From contig NC_083276.1 of NCBI RefSeq assembly GCF_963506605.1, positions 100,874,001-100,938,000 on the forward strand: a stretch of 64,000 nucleotides of DNA, in the 5' to 3' direction. Shown here in pieces: positions 39,175 through 51,143 of this stretch. A program made the position numbers and the translations under genes. Positions within the stretch are counted from its first letter, which is position 1. Each line of letters starts with the position of its first letter. The notes under the pieces are model-generated. The model saw only the letters and a list, made by a program, of their open reading frames with translations. It had not been told where the DNA came from and did no database searches. This DNA is from Zootoca vivipara (Eukaryota).

Positions 39175-39580
39175 GACTTAATTTTATTCCCGCGCTCAGG
39201 CTGAGTTGCGCAGCAGGGATTGCTTCCCCAAGCCAAGGCAATATCAAGTGAGAAGAAGAGCCTGCTGCCAGTGCAGGTAGAGGCCTGCATAATGGAGCTG
39301 TGACATTCTGAAAGAGGCTTTCTATTTTAACAACTTTTCGAGTGTGGAGTGAAAGACATAATGCAGGCGGTGTAATTGAAGTGGGAGAACGAAACATTAA
39401 ACATGCACAGAAGGGATTAGAGAGGAAGACTTTGGGGGTTATTAAATTTTGGCTCAGTTGTTATCTATCAGTACTGTCTTGGGGGAGGGGGGGGGTTAAA
39501 GCTCTTTGGAAGAAGAGAGAAGCGAAAAAGATTATTACCTGCCTAGGAGTACGTAAAACCTTGTTAAACTATAAAACTTA
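39175..39580. promoter_or_regulatory. Candidate conserved non-coding element
   Basis: TE-free, CpG retained, multiple TAAT(G/T) homeodomain cores, TGACA. Confidence 0.4.
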
Positions 39581-40104
39581 TAGGAGGGGGGGAGATCATT
39601 CTTTATTATGTGATATCGTGTTCTGCAAGCTATCTTTCCTTCCTCAAATTGACTAGGTCCTCTTTCTTCCATTTTTTTTTATAGAGCTGTGAATTCTGGA
39701 AATCATCTCATCCTGATGGGGGATGCCATTGTACTTTCTGCTAACAATTCATGAGCGCTTGACTTCAAAGGAAGGCTTTCCCTCTGACGCTGTATAGTTC
39801 AGAAACGGTAGCGTTAACATAGGGAACATGCTAAGCTTAATTTTTAGTGCCTAAGGAAACATTTAATGAGAGATAGCAAATGTTAATGTGTCATTTTTCA
39901 ACCAGGTCCTCACAGATAGAATAAACAAAGAATAGTGTTTTTAAAATTGCAGCAAATCCATTCACAACTGAAGTTGGAAACTCACTAAACCTGTAGTGAA
40001 GATTTTGAAGGTTGCTAGGAATAGTCTGCCCTCCTTTTTTAAAGCGTGAACCCTTCTCATCTTTAGTTATTTATTATTTATCAAATGATTTATGAAGCAT
40101 GTTT

Positions 40105-40295
40105 AGGGACATAGGAAGGTGCCTTATACAGAATCAGACCATTCACCAATTTAGCTCTGTATTGTCTGTGCTGACTACTAGTGGTTCACTGGGGTTTTAA
40201 GTAGGGAACTCCCTCAGGCCTACTTGGAGATTGTGGTGTTTGAACCTGGGACCTTCTGTATGCAAAGCAGATGCTCTTTCACTGAGATGTAGCTC
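40105..40295 (-). mobile_element. tRNA-derived SINE with CR1-type tail
   Basis: ACATAGGAAGGTGCCTTATACAGAATCAGACC ... TTGAACCTGGGACCTTCTGTATGCAAAGCAGATGCTCT...CACTGAG (reverse B and A boxes). Confidence 0.8.
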
Positions 40296-42089
40296 TTCCT
40301 TCAGGGGATATTGCCCCTCTAAGACAGTATGCAAAACTCCACAGAAATACAAGACCGACCAAAAAATTAAAAACCCATCACCTTAAATGAACTGGTAGCA
40401 CTTCGTTCTTCACAACAGGCCTGACCTCTGTTCCTCCCACCACCTTCTGTCCTGGTCACCATGTGTGGAATGGCTGCAGCAGGTGTTTGAGAACTGAACT
40501 GGGGGGGAAATGAGAAACTAAGAGAAACCTGAATTGACATGTTGGCCCATCCCTACTGCCAGGTTTTAGACTTAGCACACAGAGAATGATGCTCAGAGAA
40601 TGAGGCAGAAACCCCGTGGTTCAATGCCATAGCATTTGTTCTGTCCAAAAATGAAAAAAATAAAAATCTTTCTTGAGGCCAATAGGCTTTCTAAGGAATG
40701 AGGCAAAACTCAGATATGTAGACTCTTGAGAATTGGTTATACAAGTAACTATATCAAAGTTGGTTTTTACAAAGTTGCGTGTTCCTTCCCCCTTCCTGAG
40801 CGCTTTGGGCGCCACTGACCAGCCTCCCTGTGCATGGGGTTCAGGGTCAACAAAAGTAAGAAATGTCCATGACAGTGCATGTATTGTTTGTAGCATGTGA
40901 GCTACCTGTGGGAACGTGATAAGGAATACATACGAGGATAAGAAAGAGTCACTCTTTATTCCTGTCAGTGGGCTTTGCTTTTGACTCTCTGGATCGATAT
41001 TAGCCCTGCATTGGTTACTATGGGAATGAAGCTTTTCACTCAATAAACCCCAAGTTCCTTTTAAAACAAAGGTGAGCAAAATACTTTTAAAAGAAGGTTT
41101 TATCCATTTTGTGCCTTGAGGGACTCCGTAGCCATCACTTTAAAGGTACTTAGACACTTTGAAATGCAGAATATTATGATCTAGCTATGGGCAAGTAAAG
41201 ACTTAAAACCATTTGTTTATCCTAGAAATCAATGCCAAATTCATGTAGAAATCTATAGCCTCTGTGAGCAAGGCTGGTGCGTTTGAGCTTATAGATAATA
41301 CAGCCATTGCACCCATGTGTACATGTTGCACTGGACAATTTGCAATGTTGTGTGCGTGTTTGATTAGAGGGACTAGCAAACAAGAGCTATTGAACCAAAA
41401 AAAGATGGGAACATTTCCCAAATTTGTACGTCTGTGCAAGGATGACATGGTATTTCTTGAAACATTCCATAATATTTTGCTTTAAAATGTTAATATAACT
41501 GCTTTGCTGGTCATTGTAATTCAAACTTCCATTGCACAGGGCTGGATGGTGGTAGACTGAGTGGAAGCATCCCTCAGCCCGGTTTGCAGGGCTCTATCAG
41601 TCTCCTGTCAGCCACCTGTGGAGCAATAGCAGCACATCACTCCATTGGTGCAGTGCTCCAGCTTCTGCCTGCCGGACATGTGAGTGGGTGGAAGTGCTGT
41701 TGGCAGAAAGTCCCAAAACAAAGGCTTGGAGGGAATGGGGAGGAGGTGGGACTGCTTCAGCCCATGATCTCCCAGATCCTGATCCAATTCCATCAGCAAC
41801 ATCAGGCCTGATCTCTGGTGCATCATGTGTGGGAGGTCTGCAGATGGAGTGTTGACCCCACAGGGCTGGGGGTGAGGTGAAGATCCTCTGCGATCCAGAA
41901 CAAATTTGCCCCCAAGTATGGTCAGATGTTTTAATGTACGGTGTATGTGTAAATCTATGAACAAAGAAGGCAAACGCTATGCCACCTTAAAGTCCATCTC
42001 ACGTTTTCCTCCCTCTCTTGTAATACTGGAACTTGGGCACATCCAAGCCGAAAGCTGGACGGAGAATAGAAACTGATTTTTCATGCGGC

Positions 42090-42280
42090 ACATCATTAAG
42101 CTAGGGAATCTGCTTCCACAGGAGGTAGTGATGGCCATGAATTTGGATGGCTTTAAAAGAGAATTTGACAAATTTATGGAGGATAAAGCTATCAGTGGCT
42201 ACTAAGCATGATGGCTATATTATACTGCCACAGCTGGAGGGAGTGTGCTGTGAGTACCAGTTGCTGGGCATTGCAACTCT
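42090..42280 (+). mobile_element. Older CR1 ORF2 end / 3' UTR fragment
   Basis: CTGCTTCCACAGGAGGTAGTGATGGCC...GGCTTTAAAAGAGAATTTGACAAATTTATGGAGGATAAAGCTATC. Confidence 0.75.
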
Positions 42281-42639
42281 CAGCACTCTTTAAAAACTAC
42301 AGTTCCCACGATTCTTTGGGGGAAGCCATGACTGTTTAAAGTGGCACACCCTGCTTTAAATGTATGATACAGAGGGGGCCCTGGTACAGGAGCAGCTTCC
42401 ACATTAAGCAAAGCATGGTGTCCTAGTATGAGTTTTTTCTACTTCCATTTAAATTTCTGACATAGTCTGAAGCAATTCAGAACTAAAGTTGTAGTGGTTT
42501 ATGCAAATGTAAGCATTCTTACCTTCCCCCCTCCCCCATTTGATCAACTCATGGGGAATAAAGAAAGTGCTTAATTAAATCCAGAATTGCATTTTTGACT
42601 CGGTAGAAATTATCTTAAAAATACTTTATTCCCCCCACC

Positions 42640-43100
42640 CAAGCCCTTAACTCGCTAGCTCTTCGCCTTCCCCTTGCTCTTTGCAGTGATAAAGAGAGGA
42701 AGCACTTGAAAAGTTCTCTTTGGGGCTCAATTCATGGTAATTCTCCTCTCTGCTCCCTGATGCTGATGGATCAGATTGAACAAGTGTTCTGGAAATAAAT
42801 CACATTTGGAATGAGATCATGACAAAAGAATGACCGCGGATGTTTCATGGGCTCCCCTGGATTGTGCAGTTAGAGCAATCTGAAGTGTCTGAGCGACCGA
42901 GCAATGCTGTGGTGGGTAATTTACAATGCACTCTTCATTGCCAGCTTGCAAACTGAAGTGTTTCTCCGGCAATCACAGCAGTATGTTAGGCCAAGGAATG
43001 CCGTGGAAGGAGGAGTCAGAAATTTGAGAAAAGAAATTGTGATGACGCTGATGAGGGATTAATGCCACGGGGTTGATGGGGGGACGAATGCCGCCATATT
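42640..43100. promoter_or_regulatory. Candidate conserved non-coding element
   Basis: TE-free, CpG retained, TGATGGAT, AAATCA, ACAATG, GATTAAT motifs. Confidence 0.4.
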
Positions 43101-43308
43101 GCCATGACCGGAGCAATAAGGGATGGTGGAGCAAAGGAGCAACAACAAGGAGACACTGTACGTTGCTGGCATTGGCTTTTACAGATTTATTCAGTGTACA
43201 TCCCACCCTTCATCAGTTCTCAGGGTGAGCTGGATCAGTGGCTACTAACCCTGATGGAAAAGTTCTACCTGTCAGAGGGAGAATGCTTCTGAATACCAGT
43301 TATGGAAG

Positions 43309-43464
43309 CAGGGATGCCAACTTGAAAAAAAAATATATTGGCGGGGGCATGTAAGCCCTGCTGCACACAATGGATCACAAGATGAGACACAGCACACCAT
43401 TTGAATGGCAATGGCCATTAATTTGGTGGCAGGAGACCTTAGCCCTTAGGAACTGGCTCCTATG
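43309..43464. mobile_element. hAT MITE inserted in an old CR1 3' UTR
   Basis: Ends CAGGGATGCCAA / TGGCTCCTATG; 8-bp TSD TATGGAAG (43301-43308) / TACGGAAG (43465-43472). Confidence 0.8.
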
Positions 43465-43625
43465 TACGGAAGGAAAGAATGTTGCTGTATCCTAGTTCTG
43501 TTTGTGAGCTTCCCTCAGGGATCTGGTTGGCCGCTGTGAGAACAGGATGAGGTCCACTGGCCTGATTCAGAAGTGCTTTTCTTACGTTCTTATCTTCTGG
43601 ACAGACTATAAACCATGTAATAAAA

Positions 43626-44386
43626 AGACCGCTCCTCTTCCCAGAGGGGCGGGGTGGCAGGCGGGCCCCATGTACTCCCTGTGATAGCCATGGGGCGTGG
43701 TAAAGCCCCCTGCGTCACTGGGAGTCTCGACCGCATCACGCCCCCCAGCTGACCAATCCAGCCAGCCGAGGGGGGGGGTGCGGCTTACCCCATTTAAACC
43801 ACAGCGCGGCTCAGGAGCTCCTTCTCCTTACCTTGTCCTTTGTCAGATCTCTCACCCTCCCATTTTCATGCGTTCTTCATCTTGGCCTTGCTATGGACCA
43901 CGGTTGGTTGCCTGTTGAGGGGCCAGGTAGGAATTTTTCCACTTGGCAAATTGGCACCTGCCATGTGGTTTTCACCTGCCTCATAGCAATCATCACAACT
44001 TTCTAAGGTTTGGCAGTTAGGCATTGGTAAAACCTGGTTGATGGGAGGGGATCTTGTGGCCTTCACCTGCCCCTCCTCTTTAACGGGGTTCCATTAAAGG
44101 TATCCGGGGTGTGTGGAACTTGTCCAAAGCCTGGGTAGCGGCTAGGGCCATGCCACGACCCCATCGGGAACTCTGGGGGAGCTCGCAGTTGATGTATATC
44201 AACAGGGCTCCCCCTACTGGTGGTTGAGTCAGATATAGTCGGTTCAATTCCAATGCCTAAGCCAATACCGCTCACATCTGTAACTAATAAAGTTGTGGCC
44301 TTAATTATCCCATTAACCCCAAATACTGGTGTCCATTTGTTTTATTATCCAAGAATTGGGGGAGGGTTCGGGGCCTTGCCGTGCAA
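43626..44386 (+). mobile_element. LTR-like terminal repeat of a retroelement, possibly Ngaro/DIRS (tyrosine recombinase) type; copy A
   Basis: GC-rich promoter-like start with CCAAT and TTTAAA boxes, AATAAAGTTGTGGCC near the 3' end, ends GTGCAA, no TG..CA termini or TSD seen; homologous to 51144-51930(-). Confidence 0.6.
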
Positions 44387-47102
44387 TCAAAATAAAAGGC
44401 AAATCAATTGCAAAGCGGCAGCAGCAAATAGCAATGCAATAGTAAGATTGCAGAGGACTATTGCTAGTCACCACCAGTGGGACTCTTACTCAGCCCCCCC
44501 CCCCCAAGATTTGCCTGTACTGGGCACATCTAATTTGCCTATACTTGGAACACCCTTCACTGAATCAGGCAGAATAATATAACAGAGAATCTCTTCCCAT
44601 GGTTCCAAACTCTGGAGCTGATAGAAGTGAAATATATGCAATATCGCTAAAAACCCAAATTGTACTGGAAAGGCATGCAGTGCAAAAGCCTGGTCACTGC
44701 CACATACATATTTAAAGTGGTGGGCATTAAAATTGCAATTAAGATAAAGCATTTCACCAGAGTACCTTCAATAAACACAAATTAATAAACCAATCAGCAA
44801 CAAGAGCAACTTCAGGAAAATTATAGCATGCATCATATAATCTCACAGAGATAAGTTAGGAAAGCCTAATGTGAATTTCTTTAATGTGCCAGTTAATTTG
44901 GGGCATTGCTGGTATAACCTTCTCCAAAGGTGCTTTAACGGAAATAATACAAGCTGAAGAGCACTTTTCTCTTTTGTCTTGGCTTTATTTATTTTGATTT
45001 CATTCTTTCTCTGAGCAACTTGGGGGGATATATAGTGTACTGCCCACTCGGATATCATCACAGTACACTATGACGTTGGTTTGGCTGAGCATGTATCAGA
45101 GTCCAGTATGAGACACACTCTACCATGTTGACTCAACGTTCTGATTTATTGGATTACAATGAAAATATTTTATAAACTGTTTATTTCATCTATATTTTGA
45201 TCATTGTATCACATCTGCTTCTTTTTATTGTCTGTTGATTGTATCAATATTTTCATGGACGACACTGATGTCGATTCCTACTGACTGCTGCGGGTATGTC
45301 CTACCTTCACTGCCTCTGAACAGCAGTTGCTAGGAATGGCAACTACAGAGAATGCTATTCTGCTCGAGTCTTACTTGCATGATTCTCTATGGGCATCTGC
45401 TTGGCCAATCTTAGAAAAATGCTGGTGCGCTAGATGAGCCTTTGGTCACATCCAGCAGTCTTTTCTCATCTGCCTGTTTACATTTCATCAGATACGAGTA
45501 ACTGTTATTGTATTCTCATTTCTGCATCAGAGCGAAGACCAATTTTACACAATTCTGCATGAAGCAAGTTTTGAAGTCGTTGACTTCCAAAAATTCTCAC
45601 CCACCTCGCCTCATCCAAAAGAAATTTCAATCACCAGCAACAACACCATCTGTATCTGTCTCTCTTTTTTGTTTTTGTTTTTTGTAATAACAAGAATATG
45701 GCAAGCAGTCCATTTCAGCTGCTACACATGCAAATGAGCTTCCCCCCCCCCCCTCAAGGCTGTTAAACAATTAAACTGGAGTTTGGGCAATAAAACAACG
45801 GGGTATAGTGCAAACAACTACAACAGGGGTGACAGCCTCTTTCGACCCTGTGGAGACAATCGCAAACCAGAGAAGCTGTGATGGGCACCACATACACAAA
45901 CTGTAATAAAGCACACACTGCACACACTGTTCTATGGGCTTTCAAGCCTAATTTGAGTAGGGGAGGTAGAGGCACAGCCACAAGTGCGCACCTACAGGTG
46001 CCACACTGGCAATCCCTGGGTTACCAGATGCACAAAAGTGGCCCCTCTAGTATACCAGGCTAATTGTTAGCCACTTGCTTCCTCATCACCAATGTCTATG
46101 TTCTGTGCCACACATCACAGTATAGGTGTGTCAAGGAACAAACATGGGAATAGTGTCTTACTGTCTTTTGTATACTACTTCTTCTGCGGTAGAAAGAAAA
46201 AGGAAGAACATAAGACAGGCTTGCTGGATCAGGCCAATGACCCATCAGGTCCAAATCAGTGGACAATCAGATGCCTGTGGGAAGCCCGCAAGCTGGAAAT
46301 GAGCACAACAGCACTCTGCCCACTTGTAAACTTGGAGGTTTTATTAAGTTGAACGATGTGTGTTACAGCCTCCCCCCATCCTAGCCACACTTTCTCCACT
46401 ACTTTCTCCCTGGGGCTCTGCATACCAATGTAGAATTGTGACATAGGGAGAAGGTTGAAAGTAGGGATGCATGGATCAGTTTCTTTCTGTTCTGTCACTT
46501 AAAGTGTACATTTTCAATGTGTTTTGATACATTTCTTAGCTTAAAAACCATTGGGTTTGCACACTAATCTTGGATGTTCAGATCATGACAATCCATATAA
46601 GAATTCACAAATATAAATTTCCCCAATTGTCCCTAGTTGCAAGCGAGTATACACATTCCCAGATAATTTCCTGTCCTCTTCATAGAAACCAGGGGTGGGA
46701 AGGACAGACAGTCTAATTCTAATCTATGTTTGTTCAGAAAGAAGCCTTATTGATGGCAATGGGACATGCACCCCTTGTAAGAAAGAGGGTTTTTTGTGTT
46801 GTTGTTGGCGTCCATCTGTATCGGGAGACAATGTGGGAGTGCTTCACAAAATGTTTGCTTGCCTATCCAAAACTACACCCACTAATGATGGCAGGCCATG
46901 ATGGGAGCAAAATATAGGAGGAAGAGGAGGATGTGAGCTTATTGGCCCAGGAAGGAGAAAATACACAAATCATTTTATAAGTGAGATATTAAATGCATTG
47001 GATCCCAGCATAATTTATGCCTGGTAATTATTTCAGCACCAACAGAAAGATCTGTACCATGCTGATATCTCTAAATTGTGCCCCACTACCTCTTAGTGGA
47101 AA

Positions 47103-47457
47103 GGACGCGGGTGGTGCTGTGGGATAAACCACAGAGCCTAGGGCTTGCCGATCAGAAGGTCAGCGGTTTGAATCCCCACAACGGGGTGAGCTCCCGTTGT
47201 TTGGTCCCAGCTCCTGCCAACCTAGCAGTTTGAAAGCACATCAAAGTGCAAGTAGATAAATAGGTACTGCTCTGGCGGGAAGGTAAACGGCATTTCCGTG
47301 CACTGCTCTGGTTCGCCAGAAGCGGCTTTGTCATGCTGGCCACTTGACCTGGAAGCTATACGCCGGCTCCCTCAGCCAATAAAGCGAGATGAGCGCCGCA
47401 ACCCCAGAGTCGGTCACGACTGGACCTAATGGTCAGGGGTCCCTTTACCTTTACCTT
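47103..47457 (+). mobile_element. Sauria SINE (subfamily B), full length
   Basis: GGACGCGGGTGGTGCTGTGG head, (ACCTTT)n tail; 14-bp TSD TACCTCTTAGTGGA (47087-47100, 47458-47471). Confidence 0.98.
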
Positions 47458-48283
47458 TACCTCTTAGTGGATAATTCTGCAGCATATATGAGAAGGAATG
47501 AGATTGATTGGGAGAAAGTGCAGCAAATTGTTGGGAAAAGGAAGAAAGAAATATTAATTATGGCTGGAAGAAGAATCCAAATTTAATTTAGTCTTCCTCC
47601 CAAATTAAAAATAAAATAAACACCTATTCTGCCCAGTATATGAGGGCCTCTGGTACTGTCCTCAGACGTGGAAATAAAATCACTGTTGGCAACTGCAATG
47701 GTGTGACTGATCATGTTTTCTTTTCAAACTAGAGGGCTGACTATTGCCAAGGATCCATGTCTCTGGTAATTCAACCTTTGACCCAGCAGTCAGTGTTCCA
47801 ATGCAGGTGTCCTCCTAGAATGAAAAGTAAATTGCACTGAGCTCAGATTGGCAAATAAGAACCTTTGCACCACTCTGTGCCCACTCAGTTTTAAAATGAC
47901 TCAATTTGGTGTTTTTTCCAAGGTTTCCATGGCAAATGTATGCAGAAAGAAATGTTTTCTTTATTTTTTTGTAATATTGAGCTAGATAGTCATGTTAACA
48001 AATCTCTTAATGTGAATGTTCCTTCTTTTCTAAAAGTGGAAATTCACAAAGAAGCAGACAAAAATGCCAGTGTATGTTCCAGTAAGATATTCAGATGCAA
48101 AGGAGAGCGAGATGGCTGAACCTTAACAACAGTGGAAATGGTAAATCTGGAAGTGCAGGAGATCATCATGATACACATCCTCCCCAGAAGCCATGCTAAA
48201 AAAGACAGTCCAAAACACACAAACAAACACACCATTACCCACTAAAGAATGGCAGCAACACAATACACAACCCATTGTGAACC

Positions 48284-48321
<38 letters not shown>
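48284..48321. repeat. (GCTT)n microsatellite
   Basis: Direct reading. Confidence 1.
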
Positions 48322-48537
48322 AATACTATGCATAGTTACCTCAACTTGGTTGATCTGACTTGGTCCACATCCATACCATACATTTAAAGTACTGTGATGC
48401 CTGTAGTTCATTAAAAATGCCGAGAGTTGTTAGGAGACTCCTGTTCCCCTCATAGAGCTACAATTCCCACAGTTCCCTGTCAAGAATGATTGTTAAACCA
48501 CTCTGGGAGTTGTAGTGCTGTGAGGAGAATAGAAGTC

Positions 48538-48837
48538 CAGTGGAGTAGCGTGGTTGCCCTGGGCGCAAAATTGTTAGGGGTGCAAAATTTCAAAACCTGG
48601 TGCTGCCTCAGTACAGCTGCGCTGGGCTCCGTTGAAAACGACTTCTCTATGCAAACCAGGAAGTGACTCTGGTCCAGATGACAGAACGACTCTTAATCTC
48701 TGTGGCTGTGAACTCCTGGGTTCCATGGACACTGTTGGGCAGTTGAGCGCATGCATACTTCACCTGTTTCCCTCCTTCCCTCCCACCCCCATCCCCCCGT
48801 GCAGCCCTGGGCACTGGCAACCCATGCTATGCCACTG
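48538..48837. mobile_element. hAT-like MITE
   Basis: TIRs CAGTGGAGTAGCGTGG / CCATGCTATGCCACTG. Confidence 0.75.
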
Positions 48838-48927
48838 CAACAGTATCCAAATACGTCTTTGGCACACTTAACAAATCACAACTCCAGAATTCTCTGGGGA
48901 AAGCCTGTTTGAAATGATATCATAGTG

Positions 48928-49292
48928 TGTAAGGGTGACTCCCTACAGGNNNNNNNNNNNNNNNNNNNNNNNNNNNNNNNNNNNNNNNNNNNNNNNNNNN
49001 NNNNNNNNNNNNNNNNNNNNNNNNNNNNNNNNNNNNNNNNNNNNNNNNNNNNNNNNNNNNNNNNNNNNNNNNNNNNNNNNNNNNNNNNNNNNNNNNNNNN
49101 NNNNNNNNNNNNNNNNNNNNNNNNNNNNNNNNNNNNNNNNNNNNNNNNNGCCATTGCCGGATTCTGATTCGGGATGAGAGGTCCTGTTTTAAGCTGTCTC
49201 TACACTGTAAATAAATAGCACAATAAACCTCTTTGAAGACAAACTGGACTCAGGCGAAGTTACTCTAGAGTAGCCACAACGACCCTCTGACA
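48928..49292 (+). mobile_element. Solo LTR spanning an assembly gap
   Basis: TGTAAGGG...CTGACA termini, AATAAA; 3' part homologous to the 55970-56417 LTR (TGCCGGATTCTGATTCGG, CTACACTGTAAATAA). Confidence 0.75.
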
Positions 49293-50601
49293 GATAGCAT
49301 AGTGTTTTAAATGGACATTGTGAATGCGGCCTTCGTATCATGCTAGTTCCTATCTTTCAAGAGAGACCTTGAAAAGTTATTGTGGTACAAATTCCACTTT
49401 TGCCAAGTGCTTCTGAGGTGCTCCTGGAATATGAGCTAAGACCTTCTGGTAATGTGGGAGCTTCAATAGAAGCTGTGAAGTTTTGTTTTGTTTTGTTTGT
49501 AAAGGAAGTCACCATTTCTCCTTTGCTGATTGGTCCTTAAGGCATGTGTGAGCTCAAGTCCTCTGCTGTGGGTTTCATCCTTTCATGCTGCTGATGTGTA
49601 GATTGGATGCATACAAATGGTTTGTTGCTTTCCCAGTCTCAAACAGCTAGACTAGCTGAACATTTCTTTCTTCCCCTTGTCTGGGAAACATGTACTCCTT
49701 ATTATGAAAGGTTCCTGAATGGCCTACTGTGTAATAGCTTAGCTGAATGAAAACAAATTTAAATATAAGAAATGTGCTGGCTTGTTTTTTTTCTCTCTCT
49801 TTTTTTTAAGCGAGTTGTAAATACTCTTAGCAACAGTATGGGGCCTTATTAAGTTTGAACCTCAGGTCTTTCAACTTCCTGGTGAAAAAGAGAACAAATG
49901 GAAAATGCATGAGAAAATAAGTAACCTCTGTGATTTCCCACTTTAACTCGAGCCCAGATATATTTGTCAGTTGTTAATTACAGTCATATTTTTCTAACAC
50001 CTTTAAAAAAGAAACAGCAAGCGAAAGATTTCAAAGAGAGAAGCTGAACCAGCTGAGAAAAGTTCAGGTTTCTCTAAATATGCGGTAACCCGTTGGGTAG
50101 GGGACGGTTTTGTGCTTCTTGAAAATCACGTCCTCAGTACTGAGAAGTTTTGATTACTTTCCAAACTCATTGAAACAAAATCAGCTATTCACTTCAAAAA
50201 GAGACCACCCTGGCGTTACTGCACAGGCCACTCTTATTATTTTGTTTTTTAACCCACCATTTGTTATAGATGCCAATCTGCTTAAACATCTACCCCACTC
50301 CAAGCACATTTGGGACAATACTGTATGTTAGTAGAACTGAAAACACTGGATTCAAAGGGGAGAGAGATCATGAATTGCTAGCAGTGGCAATACAAGCAGT
50401 AGCACGGTAGCCAGCAGGGCTCCTAACAGTGGCAGTCTTTGCTTATGGCTGCTGCAGATTCCAGTAACAAGCAGTCTCATTGTGGCTAATAGAAAACCAT
50501 CCACTGTGGCAGCCTTTCCCTTGTCTGGTTTTGTGTCGCTGTTCACTACAAAAACCTCCCCTATCCTGCTACAGGCCACTGATGCAACTCTTTCATAGTA
50601 A

Positions 50602-51012
50602 GAATGAATATTTTGCCCTCGGCTGTACTTGAGGGACAATTCCAACAGATTCCACACGAAAAACGCCCATGTCTCTGTGGAGATGGCAGCACCGAATCAG
50701 TGGCACATGTCTTCCTGGTGTGCACTCTTTACCAAGACCTGAGGAATGAGATCATCACCCCTCTTTTATTGTCCATTCCGGGTCGTCCAACAACAGTCAC
50801 AGTGACTTTTCTCCTGGCAGATCAAGAGGAGCAGATTCCAGCAAAGTTGCAAGGTGTTTAGTTGGGGCAATCAGAATAAGATCCACTGTTTGACTGCAGA
50901 TTCAGGACCCTAAACTATGTTTTATTACAATTGACTTTTTATTTAGTTCTCTGTGTATCACAATGCTCTTTTGTTGCTATGGCCAATGGCGAATGCAAAT
51001 AAAGTTTCATTC
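50602..51012 (+). mobile_element. Non-LTR retrotransposon 3' fragment (RTE-X-like) with CCHC zinc knuckle
   Basis: Peptide RPCLCGDGSTESVAHVFLVCTLYQDLR; 3' AATAAAG + TTCATTC tail; 15-bp TSD ACTCTTTCATAGTAA (50587-50601) / ACTCTTGCATAGTAA (51013-51027). Confidence 0.85.
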
Positions 51013-51143
51013 ACTCTTGCATAGTAATATGTGTAATAGGGTTGGGCCTTTTGTTGTGAATTCAAGATGATTAGAGCCCCTTCGGGCCACTTGGGGGAAT
51101 TATGGTAGAGCTTAGAGGACAGAGCAGCGAGAAGCGGAGTATA

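Larger units (their letters stand above)
48362..49331. mobile_element. Harbinger-type MITE (same family as 17994) interrupted by two insertions
   Basis: Left end CCATACCATACATTTAAAGTAC, right end TTTTAAATGGACATTGTGAATGCGGCC; ACAACTCCAGAATTCTCTGGGGAAAGCC internal part resumes at ~48878. Confidence 0.6.
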
